DNA of 64,000 bases from assembly GCA_951406725.2 (NCBI GenBank), contig OX597824.1:85808001-85872000 (forward strand), read 5' to 3'. Position 1 is the first letter of the stretch. Each line of letters starts with the position of its first letter. This stretch comes from Octopus vulgaris (taxonomy: Eukaryota). Made by a program: the position numbers and the translations under genes. Below, piece by piece: positions 37,215-50,244 of this stretch. The notes under the pieces are model-generated. The model had not been told where the DNA came from, did no database searches, and saw only the letters and a list, made by a program, of their open reading frames with translations.

Positions 37215-40200
37215 TCCTAAATAAAAGATGGCTATGCTTTCAAACGTGGAGGCACATAGCTTAGTGGTTAGAGCAGCGGACTCGTGGTCGAGAGATCGCA
37301 GGTTCGAATCTCAGACCGGGCGATGTGTGTGTTTATGAGCGAAACACCTAAGCTCCACGCGGTTCCGGCAGAAGGTAATGGCAAACTTCTGCTGACTCTT
37401 TCGCCACAACTTCCTCACTCTTTCCTCCTGCATCTTGCAGCTCACCTGCGACGGACCGGCGTCCCGTTCAGGTGGGGAACCTAAACGCCAAGGAAACCGG
37501 GAAACCGGCCCTGATGAGCCAGGCATGGCTCGAGAAGGAACAAACATGCTTTCAAACAATGTTTTTTTCGTATTTGTACAGTATAATTTTTTGCAATAGA
37601 TTCTTATAAATATGCAGTCAACTGACGAGAAAGTACCTTACCTGCATGTTTGATGTAAAACTGGTGCCTTAAAAAAAATGTGGCTTTCATGTTTGCATTG
37701 AAATATATTCTAATTAACCATCTAAAGTATGTTCTGTTTGTGGTCTGGCGTTGAAAGGTTTCTATAGCTTTTGTAATATAGTTACTGTTCACAACTAGAT
37801 GTTATTCAGGTGTTCCACGAATTTGATAAAATATAGGGCGTATATGGTTCCAATGGCTCAGGAACGAAATTTGCCTAGGGGAAGCCTTTTTTTTTATATA
37901 CACAAAAAGGTCTTATTTTTTATCTATTTATTTTTGTACTTTGAGAAGAGACCTAATTTCGAACTACTTTTTACAAATCACTTTTTACGCATCGTTTTGT
38001 AAACACGAGAAAACTAAGTAGGGACCTAAGTTTTGATTTTGCACTCCCCTAAAAGTTTTAGGTGCTTTTGCACCCCCTGTTCTTGGGGCCATATAATCCA
38101 TGCATATGGTTTTGTTTTTTCCTTGAGTGATATGTTAGGTGAATTTTATTTGTTCTGCAGCTTCGATTGGCTTTTATTTGTTTGAATGCGGCCATACTGG
38201 AGCACCGCCTTGAATTTTTAGTCAGATGAATCGAACTCTGTACTTATTTTTTAAGCTTGGTATTTATTCTATCGATCATTTTTGCCGAGCCTATAAGTTA
38301 CGGAGGACGTAAGCTACACCGACACAGGTTGTCAAACGGTGAGAGGAAACAGACACACATCTACAAGCTTTTCAGCTTCCGTCTAGCAAATACATCCTCA
38401 AGGCTTGGTCGGTACGAGACTATAGTAGATGACACTTGCCGAAGGTGCCACTCAGTGAGACTGAACCCGGAACCACGTTGTTTGGAAGTAAGCTAAATGG
38501 ATACTTGCTCGATGTACCCACTGAATACCGTTTGCTATATTTATAAAGTGTGAACGGGAATATAAAGTAACAGACTTTTTATACAAATCAAAGGTTATCC
38601 ATTCGTACAGAAATTTGTGGCTTTTATTTTACCCTGATGGACGAAATGAATTACTCTTATATTTTAACATTAAGAAAATTATGAATCTCCGTTCAAAGTT
38701 TAACATTCGTTTTCCTGTTAAATTTAAGCTTACTTTTTTTTTTCAATACTAATGTAGTCAGCTATATGTTGCTTTCAGACGAGCAAATCTGTTGCTGGTT
38801 CAAATTACAGGATGATCAAAGTCGAGACGTTTTCAAAAAACGAAAATAGGTGACAGCTAAATTTACATATTAATATCAAATTTCTTTATATTTAGTTTTG
38901 TTGTGCGTTTCAGACAGCAATAAGTGTAATTTTAAGTGGTATTTGTGGACATCCCATAAGAATTGCGTATGAATCGATGAAATTTTAACATTATTCCGGG
39001 CAAAAGAGTTTCCAAATTTTGTCACAAGGTCAATTTCGGACAAAGTGGTAAGTCGATTACATCGACTTAAGTGTTCAAGTAGTACTCATTTTATCGACCC
39101 CGAAGAAGTTTGAAAGCAAAGTCGACCTCGGCAGAATTTGAACCCAAGGACGGGCGAAAAGCCGCTAAGCATTTTACCCGGCGAGCTAACTATGCTGCCT
39201 GTTCGCCACTTTCACTAATAAATTAAAACGTTTAAATGCAGATTCCTTTTAGTGTTGGGAATTCATTTTAAACTCAAAGAGCAATTTCATCGCAGATTAA
39301 GCTGTAATACTAAACGAAAAGGTTTTACAAAAACGGTCGGAGGATCGCGGTTTCGATTCCCAGACCGGGCGTTGTGTGTGCTTATTGAACGAAAACACCT
39401 AAAGCTCCACGATGCTCCGGCAGGGGGCGACCCCTGTTGTATTCTTTCGCCCTAACTTTCTCACTGATTCTTGAGTAACGCCCGTCCAGCTGGGGCGACC
39501 ACATACGCTACAGAAACCGGGCCCATGAGCCTGCTAAGCTTGAAAAGGGTGCATAAAAGAATCCTGCATAGAGATTAAAAGTATGCAAAGTTTTCATTAT
39601 CGGAAAAATTACAACTAGCGGGAAATGATTTACCAAAATCTATGAATTTCTTACCGAAAATTCGAAGCACTACGATCACTTAAACGTGAAATACTATTTC
39701 GAAGAAATATTTCTTAGCTAAATGCAGGAAGACGAGAAAAAAAATTTTTTTTCCTCTACTTCCTCTGCAAGTACATGACCGACTTAGAGCGTGGAAATTG
39801 ACCGCTTACAGAAAACCAAACTAGCTTTCGTCATTTGTAATACTCACCTTGCTTTAAGATCAGTCAACGACCGATTCTGTTAAAACCCATACCTAAATAA
39901 GTGAACATCTGTTTTAAAAAGCTAAAAACAGCAACAATGAAGGTTCCTTAAATCTGGTTTTCATCAGATTACGCCTTTGTAAAGCGAAAAAGTAAATTTC
40001 AGTTTACCCTGTAGCTAATTCGGAAGCTAAATGCTAATTCCTGCCATATGCACATCGATGGAATATTATTGTATTTTTCATAATGCCAAAGGAGTTCAAT
40101 CGAAAGCCTTCAATTTTAGTGTCATGTTACGAGTAAATTAGCCAAAACATCCGTTCTACAAAGGCTGTTCAATAGTTAAATTGGTGTCCAACCTGTACTA

Positions 40201-41218
40201 GAAAAGTCAACTAGTCAGGTGTTTAAATGTGAAGTGCTAGCTAGTGAATAAATGCCACAGTTGGCTAACATGGCCGTTATTTGCTATCAACTAAAATTTC
40301 ACATCTAGTCTTAAGACAGGAACTCGCTGTACCGTAATATCGCAGTTGACTATTTAATTTTACGTAGATTCCTCCGTAAAGCTTTGCATTTATAAAAAAC
40401 ATATATATATATATATATATGGTATAGGAGTGGCTGTGTGGTAAGCAGCTTGCTTACCAGTCACATGGTTCAGTCCCACTGCGTGGCACCTTGGGCAAGT
40501 GTCATCTATAACCTTGGGCCGACCAAGGTCTTGTGAGTGGATTTGGTAAACGAAAACCGAGATAAGCCCGTAGTGTGTGTCCCACAACAAACATTGCTTG
40601 ACAACCGATGCTGGTGTGTTTATGTCCGTCACTTAGCGGTTGGGCCAAAGAGATCAATAGAATAAGTACTATGCTTACAAAAAGTCCTGGAGCCGATTTG
40701 CTCCACTAAAAAGGTGGTGTTCCAGCAAGGCTACAGTCAAATGACTGAAACAAGTAGAAGAGAAAAAGAGCAGGTTTCTACTTCGTAGATTTTTTTCATC
40801 TATCGCGGTGGGGTTTTGGAACGTAGCACCGGAAATAGTCGAGGGATTATTGTATCAAAACTACAATATGGTATAACGTTCGACTAATATTTACACGCCA
40901 TTTATAGACTTGCGCTTCGAGTTCAGCCAAAATTTGCTTAAATGAACCAAAAGGAGTCAAACGTGAGAACTAAATTCACTAATTCTAAACTTTAGATTTT
41001 CCAAATTGTGGGCATTTAAAGAATCGACTTGACGAATAATAGCAATTCAGAAGCTTTATTTCAATAAAAGTAAAAGAAACGAGCAAAAGCGATAACATCC
41101 AAAAAGGTAAAGCGAGCAAAAATCTTGCAAAAATTCACATTCCAATAGACGAATTCGTGTTCCGGGAGTAGTCGATCGATTAGGCATAGCCGTTGCCAAT
41201 TCTGTAATTAACGCGGTA

Positions 41219-44200
41219 CTATTGCTTCTGTAGTTGACGCAAGAAAGCCACTGTACTGTTCCATCCTTGCTGAAGAAAGAAATTTGCAATTACAGAAATA
41301 CTATAAGGATACGATATAGAATTGGTAGTAAACGATAAAATGTGAAGACCTTACCTGAAAAAGGTAAGTTTCGTCAGCTTCCTCAAGTTTGACATAATTA
41401 CCAGTTACATGACCAGTGTAAATACCAACGGTACGTTTCAAGTTGTCTTTCTGTAGGTGAGAAAAATAAGCCAAAGCTTTTAATGTCATTCGACTATTTA
41501 CAAAAGGAAAATAAAAGCGGTTAATAGGTACAGAAATGTTTGTGTGACAAAGAAATTCTTTGCCACCACAGGTACCCCAGGTTGTCCTGTGGAACCTACT
41601 AAAATACCAGGTCAACTGGTGCTTTACGAGTAGTTTCGGTAGAAGGAAACTGGTAGTACGTCAGCTGAATGTCCACCGTTTGACAACCGCTGACAGTTTA
41701 TTCACGTCCATATCGTCTAGCGATTTCGACAAGAGACAGAACAAGCCTTAAGACCTGGATTGACTTGTTCTACTAAATAAAGGCGGTACCCCAGCATGGC
41801 TGCAGTCTAACGACAAAGAAAATATAGGAGATATGCTTACCAATAATTTACCGTTTCCGTGCGCAACACCGTTGATTGCACTCCAGAATGAAAGTATATT
41901 CGTCACTTCAGTTCTTGATGTACGCTTGTTGGACTTGTAGAGAAAGCGACTGGTCTGATCAAGAAAATACAGCAGGTCAATAATTGCGATCTGTAAGAAG
42001 AACAAGACCTTTTAGCCTTCACATAGCCCCAATGAAACTAAGAATAAGAACAACCCTACTCACCATCTCTTTGGTACTGACATTCTTCAGTAGTTTCGAA
42101 CACTGGTCTTCGTTCTTTTCAATGCCAAACAATGCTTCGATGTCAGTTTGAGTGAAATTAGATTCCTGCAGAAATTAAGGTGGGTTAATTAATATATATA
42201 TATCGATAGACGTAGGAGTGGCTGTGTGGTAAGTAGCATGCTTACGAACCGCATGGTTCCGGGTTCAGTGCCACTGCGTGGCACCTTGGGCAAATGTCTT
42301 CTACTATAGCCTCGGGCCGACCAAAGCCTTGTGAGTGGATTTGGTAGACGGAAACTGAAAGAAACCTGTCGTATATATGTATATATATGTCTGCGCGTGT
42401 ATATGTCTGCGCGTGCGTGTATATGTTTGTGTGCGTTTGTCCCTCTAGTATTGCTTGACAATCGATGCTGGTGTGTTTACGTCCGTCACTTAGCGGTTCG
42501 GCAAAAGAGACCGATAGAATAAGTTCTGGGCTTACAAAAGAATAAGTACCGGAGTCGAGTTGCTCGATTAAAGGCGGTGCTCCAGCATGGCCGCAGTCAA
42601 ATGACTGAAACAAGTAAAAAGAGTAAGATATATATATATATTTCTTTACTACCCACAAGGGGCTAAACACAAGGGACAAACAAGGACAGACAAACGGATT
42701 AAGTCGATTACATCTAACCCAGTGCGTAACTGGTACTTAAATTATCGACCCGAAAGGATGAAAGGCAAAGTCGACCTCGGCGGAATTTGAACACAGAAAT
42801 ACCGCTAAGCATTTCGCCTTGCGTGCCAACGTTTCTGCCAGCTCGCCGCCCTTACAAGGTGGGTTAATATAGTTAAATGAAATTGTGCCAACGATATTTG
42901 TTATAAGCCACTGGTGAAGGCAAAACAAAGTTGTTTTTTTTTTTTTATATTTACCTTCCCGGTCAATGTCTTTACCAATTGAACAACCGACACTAGATTA
43001 CTATCACTTTTTTTGATTTTCAACAAAGCCTGAAAGTATAAATAAAGTGTTACTATACTGAAGCAGCCGTATGCTAAAAGAGATCGAATCGGCGATGGAA
43101 ATATCTTAAAAGAAATAAGTAGCCATTTTGGTACGAACAGCTTCAAGCTTTTTGGTAGCTTCTGGAAGGCTCTTGAACAAGTCTTTCAATTTATCCTCAT
43201 TTTCCACGTCAGCTTTGTATTTTCTGGAAGAAAAAAAAAAAGTGGGGAAAATATTGTTAATATTTGTGAAAAATGCTGTAAGAACAGAAATCAGTCTAGA
43301 AAGTAACCTCGTTATGTCTACACCACAAAATAAGAGGCAGATCTTTTCGGTTTGAACGGCAGTTTTTTCTAGTGGCGTCATGAAATTGTCACCCGTAATT
43401 ATGACCCTAGAATTGATCTATTGCATTTCAATCCGTTTTAGGGCATCTTTTCTTCTTCACAAATATAAATAAACCCAATCGGCTTCTTAAACGAGGGACA
43501 TTCATACGGCACAATGCTTTTTTACTCAATAGACGTCAGTGATTGGTTGAAATTGCAGAAATTTAAGAAAACAATCTACAAACTAGAATTTTCTCAATAA
43601 AGCCAAGAGATGTTTTATAAACACATTCTACCAGTATACGAAGTTAAAATTTTTTTAGTTATCTAGAAATGTTAAAAACTGCAATTCAAGCCGAAAAGAT
43701 CCGAAATATGTAACTAAGCCCCGGCTTATAAAAGTAGCAATAAAAAAAAAAAAAAAAAAAAAAAATTAAAAAAAATCGATGCGTATGAAACCTTAGCCGT
43801 GCTGCACATGGTTAATGAAATTAAGGATAAGCAAGATCTAAGATTTTTATTGCGAAGTCTCGGCTACTGAATTACTATTAGAATTCTTACCTGCCAAGTT
43901 TGGTTGTCGGTATAGGGACCACTGCTTTATTTTGATGTAGTCTCAGTTTCATTTCAATGTCCACTTCACCATGGCTGTGGGAATCGTCAAACTATTGTAG
44001 AAAAAACATTTTAACGACCAAGATTTCAATTGGGATCAGTTAAGTAGGTGATCAAATATTTTTTAAGATCGATGTAAAAATTACGCTTAATTTATTGTTT
44101 TACTTATAAACCTTACCAGCGCGAATCCAATGGTTTTCGAGTTGTAACTAGAGAAGCGTTCTCGAATCAGAGTCTTTAAGTCAGAAGTTGGTTGATATTT

Positions 44201-47200
44201 GTGAGGGACTTTTTTTCCGGGTTCCATTGAAAGCCACCAACCTACAAGGAGTTTTAAAACCAATTAAACAGTACTAAAGATTTAAATCCTAAAAAAAAAA
44301 AAAAAAAAAAAAAACTTACCATCAAAACAATGGATGGGGTAATTGCAGAGAATTCCACCATCTAAGTAATAGTTTTTGCGCGATTTTCCTGTGTTGAATT
44401 GAAAGGGTTGAAAAAGACCTGAAAGATACAAAGTGAGGAACCCCATTATTATGGTATGAATGTTCTGTTGCATAATGATCATGCAGAAGTAGGGGCCAAC
44501 ATCATAAGGGCTAGCACCTATGCATTTGGGGTTTAGGCAGGATAAATCAAGAACCAATAGTAGGAGCACTCCGTCGGTTGCGACGAGGAGGGTCCCAGCT
44601 GATACTATCAACGGAACAGCTTGCTCGTGATGTTAACGTGCAAGTGGCTGAGCACTCTACAGACACGTGTACCCTTAACGTAGCTCTCGAGGAGATTCAG
44701 CGTGACACAGAGTGTGACAAGGCTGGCCCTTTGAAATACAGGTACAAGAGAAACAGGAAGAAAGAGCGAGAGAAAGTTGTGGTGAAAGAGTACAGCAGGA
44801 TTCACCACCACCACCACCACCACCACCCCCTGCCGGAGCCTCGTGGAGCTTTAGGTGTTTTCGCTCAATAAACACCCACAATGCCCGGTCTGGGAATCGA
44901 AACCGCGATCCTCCGACCGCGAGTCCGCTGCCCTAACCACTGGGCCATAGCATCTCCACCAAGAACAAATATACAGTAGGACACCAGCTAGATTTAAGAC
45001 AAGACAATTAGAAATAAATTTTAATAGCTTAAATTTTTGATAAGGCTCAAGGCCGGGTTAGAAAAGTTTCTAGAAAAACAATCGCCGACAGTGATAGGAA
45101 AATTAAGTGAGTTTTACCATTAATAGATGCGTTTGTTTCAATTAATCGAGATTCAGTGTGAATGCTAGTTTGGTGATAGTTTCAAAATGTTGGCACGAGG
45201 CCAGCAGTTTCGGGAACGTCGACCCCAGTACTCAACCGGTTCTTATTTTATCGGCTTAGGATTAAAAAGGCAAAGTCAACATCAGATTCTGTACTTGGAA
45301 CGTAGTGGCAGTCGAAATGTCGCTAAGCATTCAACCCGGCGTACTAACGATTCTGCTAGCTCATCGTCTTTGTTCTGTGATGTTGACTACCAATCCACTT
45401 ACACAGAACTATTGTTTATAAGCTCAATCCGTTTCTTAAACGAGGGGCATTTTCATACGGCACTGAATGTTTTCACCTCAATAGACGTCATTGATTGGTT
45501 GAAAGTGCAGAAATTGAAGAAAAAACAAATATCTTACAAACTATAGAATTTTCTCAAAGCCAAGAGAAAAAGATGTTTTATAAACACATTCTATGTTAAA
45601 CAAGCAAACGAGAAACAATCGATAAAAGTTACCAGGAATACTTATGGACATCTCAACTGCCCGACGGATAGCGGTAGTCGGTGTGGTCTTGCAGTGAAAG
45701 TACTCTTCTCGCCTACGGTTTAGATTCAGAACTACGATGCACAACTCCTTGCCGGTTTTCTCATACAGCTGGAAAAAAAAAAGTGAAAGATTTAGAACAG
45801 ATTTAAGCTACTAAAGTGGCGACTAGGAAATATCAGTCAATGTCTATCAGGGTTGACGATACCAAGTACTCACCTCTCGGAACGTTATATCGGCGTCTTC
45901 GTATTTCTCCTTTAGAAGAGTCCCTAACCAATCAAGGAATTTATTGCCGGAATTCCAACCAAACTTATTAAGCAATTCATTCACTTGACCCTTTTTGTTG
46001 TAGTGGTTGGCTGAAAACAATACAAACGACAAGTTTCAAAAGTTATAGCTTTCTCTCCGCTACCGTCGACAAAATCTAAAAGTACGCTAGATCCTGCATT
46101 AAAGGCATTTTGGTGTGTAGAGAAAATAGTTGTAGGTTTCTACTATAAAGTAGAAAGGGATGCATTAGACCAGAGATATTAGATTTCTTAAAGCAAGCTG
46201 TTTAATGCATTCATTCAGGACCTGTAAAGCAACTCGCGTTAACAAAAATACTTCAGCAGTAAAGCAAAATATGGAAAGCAAGACATCGACCGTTTCGGAT
46301 CTTTTCGGTTTGAACGGCAGTTTTTTTTTTAATAATTTCCACGTAACTAAACACTTTTAAACTTAGTATACTGGTAGAATGTGTTTATAAAACCTCTTTT
46401 TCTCTTGGATTTATTGAGAAGATTCTATAGTTTGTAAGATTTGTTTTTTTTTCCTTCAATTTCTGCATTTTCAACCAATCAATGACGTCTATTGAGGTGA
46501 AAACATTCAGTGCCGTATGAAAATGTCCCTCGTTTAAGAAACAGATTGGGCTTACTTACATTTGTGAAGAAAAAAAGATACCCTTCCACCCACCCCTAAA
46601 ACAGATTGAAATGCAATAGATCGATACTAGGGTCATAATTATGGTTGACAATTTCATAGGACACCGCTAGTAAAAACTGCTGTTTAAACCGAAAAGATCC
46701 GTGTGTGTACGAAAGCTGTGCAAGCTATAAATTAACAATGGAAAGCCACGAGCACAGCCAAGGACATTTTTAGTAGCATTATAAGACTTCGAAACTTCAA
46801 GCAAAGCAATGCACCGTGGCTTATAATACTTATTGATTGCAAGTTACAGAAGTGGGTATTCTCTAGCCTCGTGGACCCCACAATCAGCTACCCAGGTGTG
46901 CAAGACAATATTGACACTGTCCGTTCCTGCGCAGAGAATTGTTCTGTTAACGACAAATAAGATTCAAACAATCCTGAGGAGTTTTTTTTTTTTTTATAAG
47001 TCTTAAGGTAAACTTTGTAAAGACAAAGGCTTTAGTATCTAAGAAAGACAGGAACCCCAGGACTTTCAAGCAGATGACACGAGAACACTGAAATGAAATG
47101 AAGCCAGTATGCTCCGTTAGATTTACAATGTAAGTGCGCATGAACGACATAGTCCAAATATGTCGAGAGAGAAAAAACTGTAGAAGTCATAAAAACCTCA

Positions 47201-47935
47201 GGAGTTCTTTTTTTTTTTTTTACCCTTGTTCGTATAGAAGTGACATGCTTACCAGTAAGTACATTTTCCAAGTGTTGTTTGAGCGAGTCTCGCAGAGCGT
47301 AGCAGTCGAAGCCTGCAGCCAAGAGACACGCTACAACAGCACCAGTGCCGACACCAGCAAATCGCTTGATTTTAGGAAGAGCATCAATCTTTTCGAGGAC
47401 CTGTCGAATTACAATAGTAACAAAATTAAGTTTGAATTGAAAGACAACGGAGATTAATCAAAGCAACAAATGTCGATTCGACATTTTAAAGATGGAAAAA
47501 AAAAATGGGGTTAATATCGACCATAAGTAAAATTACGACATTGAATGCGTTCGAAGAGCGTCATAATTGATATCGTTTGTGGTAAGTAGCTTGTTTACCA
47601 ACCACATGGTTCCGGGTTCAGTCCCACTGCGTGGCACCTTGGGCAAGTGTCTACTATTATAGCCTCGGGCCGATCAAAGCCTTGTGAGTGGATTTGGTAG
47701 ACGGAAACTGAAAGAAGCCCGTCGTATATATGTATGTGTGTTTGTGTCTGTCCCCCTAGCATTGCTTGACAACCGATGCTGGTGTGTTTACGTCCCCGTA
47801 ACTTAGCGGTTCGGCAAAAAAACGATAGAATAAGTACTGGGCTTACAAAAGAATAAGTCCCGGGGTCGAGTTGCTCGATTTAAGGTGGTGCTCCAGCATG
47901 GCCGCAGTCAAATGACTGAAACAAGTAAAAGAGTA

Positions 47936-47970
<35 letters not shown>

Positions 47971-48148
47971 AAAGCATTACCTTAATGGCTCCAACGTAAG
48001 CTAATGCTTTGGTCCCGCATCCTTCAAAAACGAGGTTTTCAATCGGATATTGTTCATTCATGAGATCTGAAAGAAGTAAAAGTCCTGGGTTTGATTCTGA
48101 ACCGGAATTATCCGTTGATTGCGAGTCTGTTGACTGTCCGCTGCCCAT
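41219..48148 (-). CDS. Patatin-like pseudo-phospholipase paralogue C, 13 exons, 490 aa
   Basis: Minus-strand exons 48148-47981, 47400-47253, 46010-45874, 45768-45633, 44418-44320, 44241-44117, 43991-43891, 43223-43139, 43029-42955, 42165-42064, 41990-41841, 41450-41355 and 41269-41219 join in frame (1473 nt). Motifs: IENLVFEGCGTKA, FAGVGTGA, YLDGGILCNYPIHCFDG. Intron phases match A. The exon 8 donor (GTTCGT) is weak. Confidence 0.88.
43339..43702 (+). mobile_element. ~400-bp MITE (TIR GGATCTTTTCGGTTTGAACGGCAG), intron 7 of C
   Basis: Inverted termini gatcttttcggtttgaacggcagtttt / aaaactgcaattcaagccgaaaagatcc. Other copies at 46297-46700, 56797-57203 and (partial) 45420-45593. Confidence 0.8.
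46297..46700 (-). mobile_element. Same MITE family in opposite orientation, intron 2 of C
   Basis: Same TIRs; the internal sequence is the reverse complement of 43339-43702. Confidence 0.82.
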
Positions 48149-48193
48149 GGTGTCGTCTTTGAGTTTGACTTTTGCGTTTGCAGCCTGCCAATC

Positions 48194-48258
48194 TATTTTT
48201 ATCGTCTCTTTCTGAGACTTATGCAAATTTAGACAAACTACATTCAAAACAGTTTCGT
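48194..48258 (-). promoter_or_regulatory. Promoter of paralogue C: octamer ATTTGCAT plus GATAAAAA (TATA-like)
   Basis: ATGCAAAT at 48221-48228 (+) and GATAAAAATA on the minus strand at about 48194-48203. ATG at 48148. Confidence 0.55.
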
Positions 48259-48481
48259 GGGTTTTCTTTTTTTCTTTTTTTTTTTTTTTTTCAAAGTGTA
48301 AAATGATGTTTCATTGTCTTAAGCAACTATGTTCCCGAGTAATCGAATGTTCAATTCCCACTCGTACCTTTATAACAGTTTATAAATCTAGCTATTGAAA
48401 ATCTCAATTGATAAATTATATTTCAACTGCAATCAGCAAAAGTAATTTGTAACCGTTGTTTTCTTCCTTTCTCTCTCTGTT

Positions 48482-48566
<85 letters not shown>

Positions 48567-49436
48567 AGGCGCAATGTCCCAGTGGTTAGGGCATCGGACT
48601 CGCGGTTGTAGGATCGCGGTTTCGATTCCCAGACCGGCCGTTGTGAGTGTTTATTGAGCGAAAACACCTAAAGCTCCACGAGGCTCCGGCATGGGGGGGG
48701 GGATGGCGATCTCTGCTGTACCCTTTCGCCACAACTTTCTCACACTCTTTCTTCTGTTGGCCTGCTCGCTTAGCCAGCGAGGTGCCGTCATTTGAAGGCT
48801 AAAACAAAGCGAAGCGCATTGTGACCAGCGATGTGTAGCAACATCTGATAGCCTGGTCGGTCACGGTGATATATATATATATATATATATTAAAAATGGG
48901 GAAGGCCAGTTTGTGGGATTACCTTAGGTGTCCTGTCCAAAAAGGGTTTTGCTTTATGGCGTATCGTTAGATCCAAAAAAACCTATTGGCCCATGACTCC
49001 GAAACTCGGAGTTTTATCATGGCTACCGAATAATTGTAATATATATATATATATGTATATATATATACATATAGATATATATGTGTATGTATGTATGTAT
49101 GTATGTATGTATATACAGCATATAATCTTTATTTCTCTCTCTTCTTCCCTTCCAGTTGTTGTTTGACTTAGTCAGCCATATTAGAGGAGACCAATTAAAG
49201 ATATTCTAGCCGTTACCATCATGTCAAAAAAGAAGGAATGGTCACGTCCAGAATACTACATTATTCTATTCGTCTTCGCATTTTTCTTTTCTTTTTAAAG
49301 ACTGTCGAATGTGATTTGAAAAATTCGGCTGCAACGTCAGGCGCCCTCAAAAGATACTCTCTCTCTATCTCTCTCTCACTCTCTATTTATCTATTTATCT
49401 ATCTATGTGCAGCCCTGTGTGGCTAATAAAGAAACA

Positions 49437-49497
<61 letters not shown>

Positions 49498-50244
49498 CTG
49501 TTTCCCTCCCAGTAAATGTTATGACCATTTTGTGGTTTAGACTCACATGGCACCCATCAAATCAACAGTTCTCAGCTCTTGTAGCCAGCTGTTTATTAAT
49601 GTCTTTTATTTCAGCCGTATTTCGTTGTGTACCGTCTAGTGGTAAACCAAAGCTTGGGATGAGGGGAGCAATTGACTACGAGCGCAAGGTGTGAAGGGGT
49701 TAAAACTTTCTCTTGCTTACCATGCATGTTAATAAAGGATATTTACCTGTCACTGGTACCATCACCTCCCTCGAGAGGTACTCGTCGAAACAACAGAAGG
49801 GATGTCAGAAGTTTTAATTCAAAGAAAAGCTTTGGTGCTCGTGTTTCTCCTCTCTACTAAAATGATGCAGAGTTCACAAGGAAAACTTTCTTCCCAAGTC
49901 GAGACGATTCTTCGCGTTGAGGGGTCACAGCTCCGGTTCTACAGACATGTGGTTAGAATGTCGCTGGAAAGGCTCGCAAGACATATTCTGCAAGCAGAGG
50001 CAACTGGCAAGAGATTTAGGGGTAAACCAAGAACAAGAGGGTTAAGGTTAACCACTAGGCCATGTGCCTCCACTATAAGAAAATTGCATCCGTGGCACAT
50101 TTTCCGGACACGAAACCAAACTGCATCTCACCTAAGTCTACCCTGTCACGAATCAATTTCGCTAAGACTCTGTCTGTGACCTTCTTAACCTGATCTAGTA
50201 ATTTGATTCTTCTAGAGTTGTTTCTCTCTTAGGCATCTCTTAGG

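Noticed and set aside
37246-37320. tRNA genes (also 33094, 48563, 51352)
   Set aside because: The tRNA-like heads run into a shared SINE body with no proper acceptor stem or terminator.
12168-48148. Recent bacterial horizontal transfer or a CBASS-like operon
   Set aside because: The genes have 11-12 conserved spliceosomal introns and no cyclase partner is visible. The similarity to ExoU/CapV is at fold level only.
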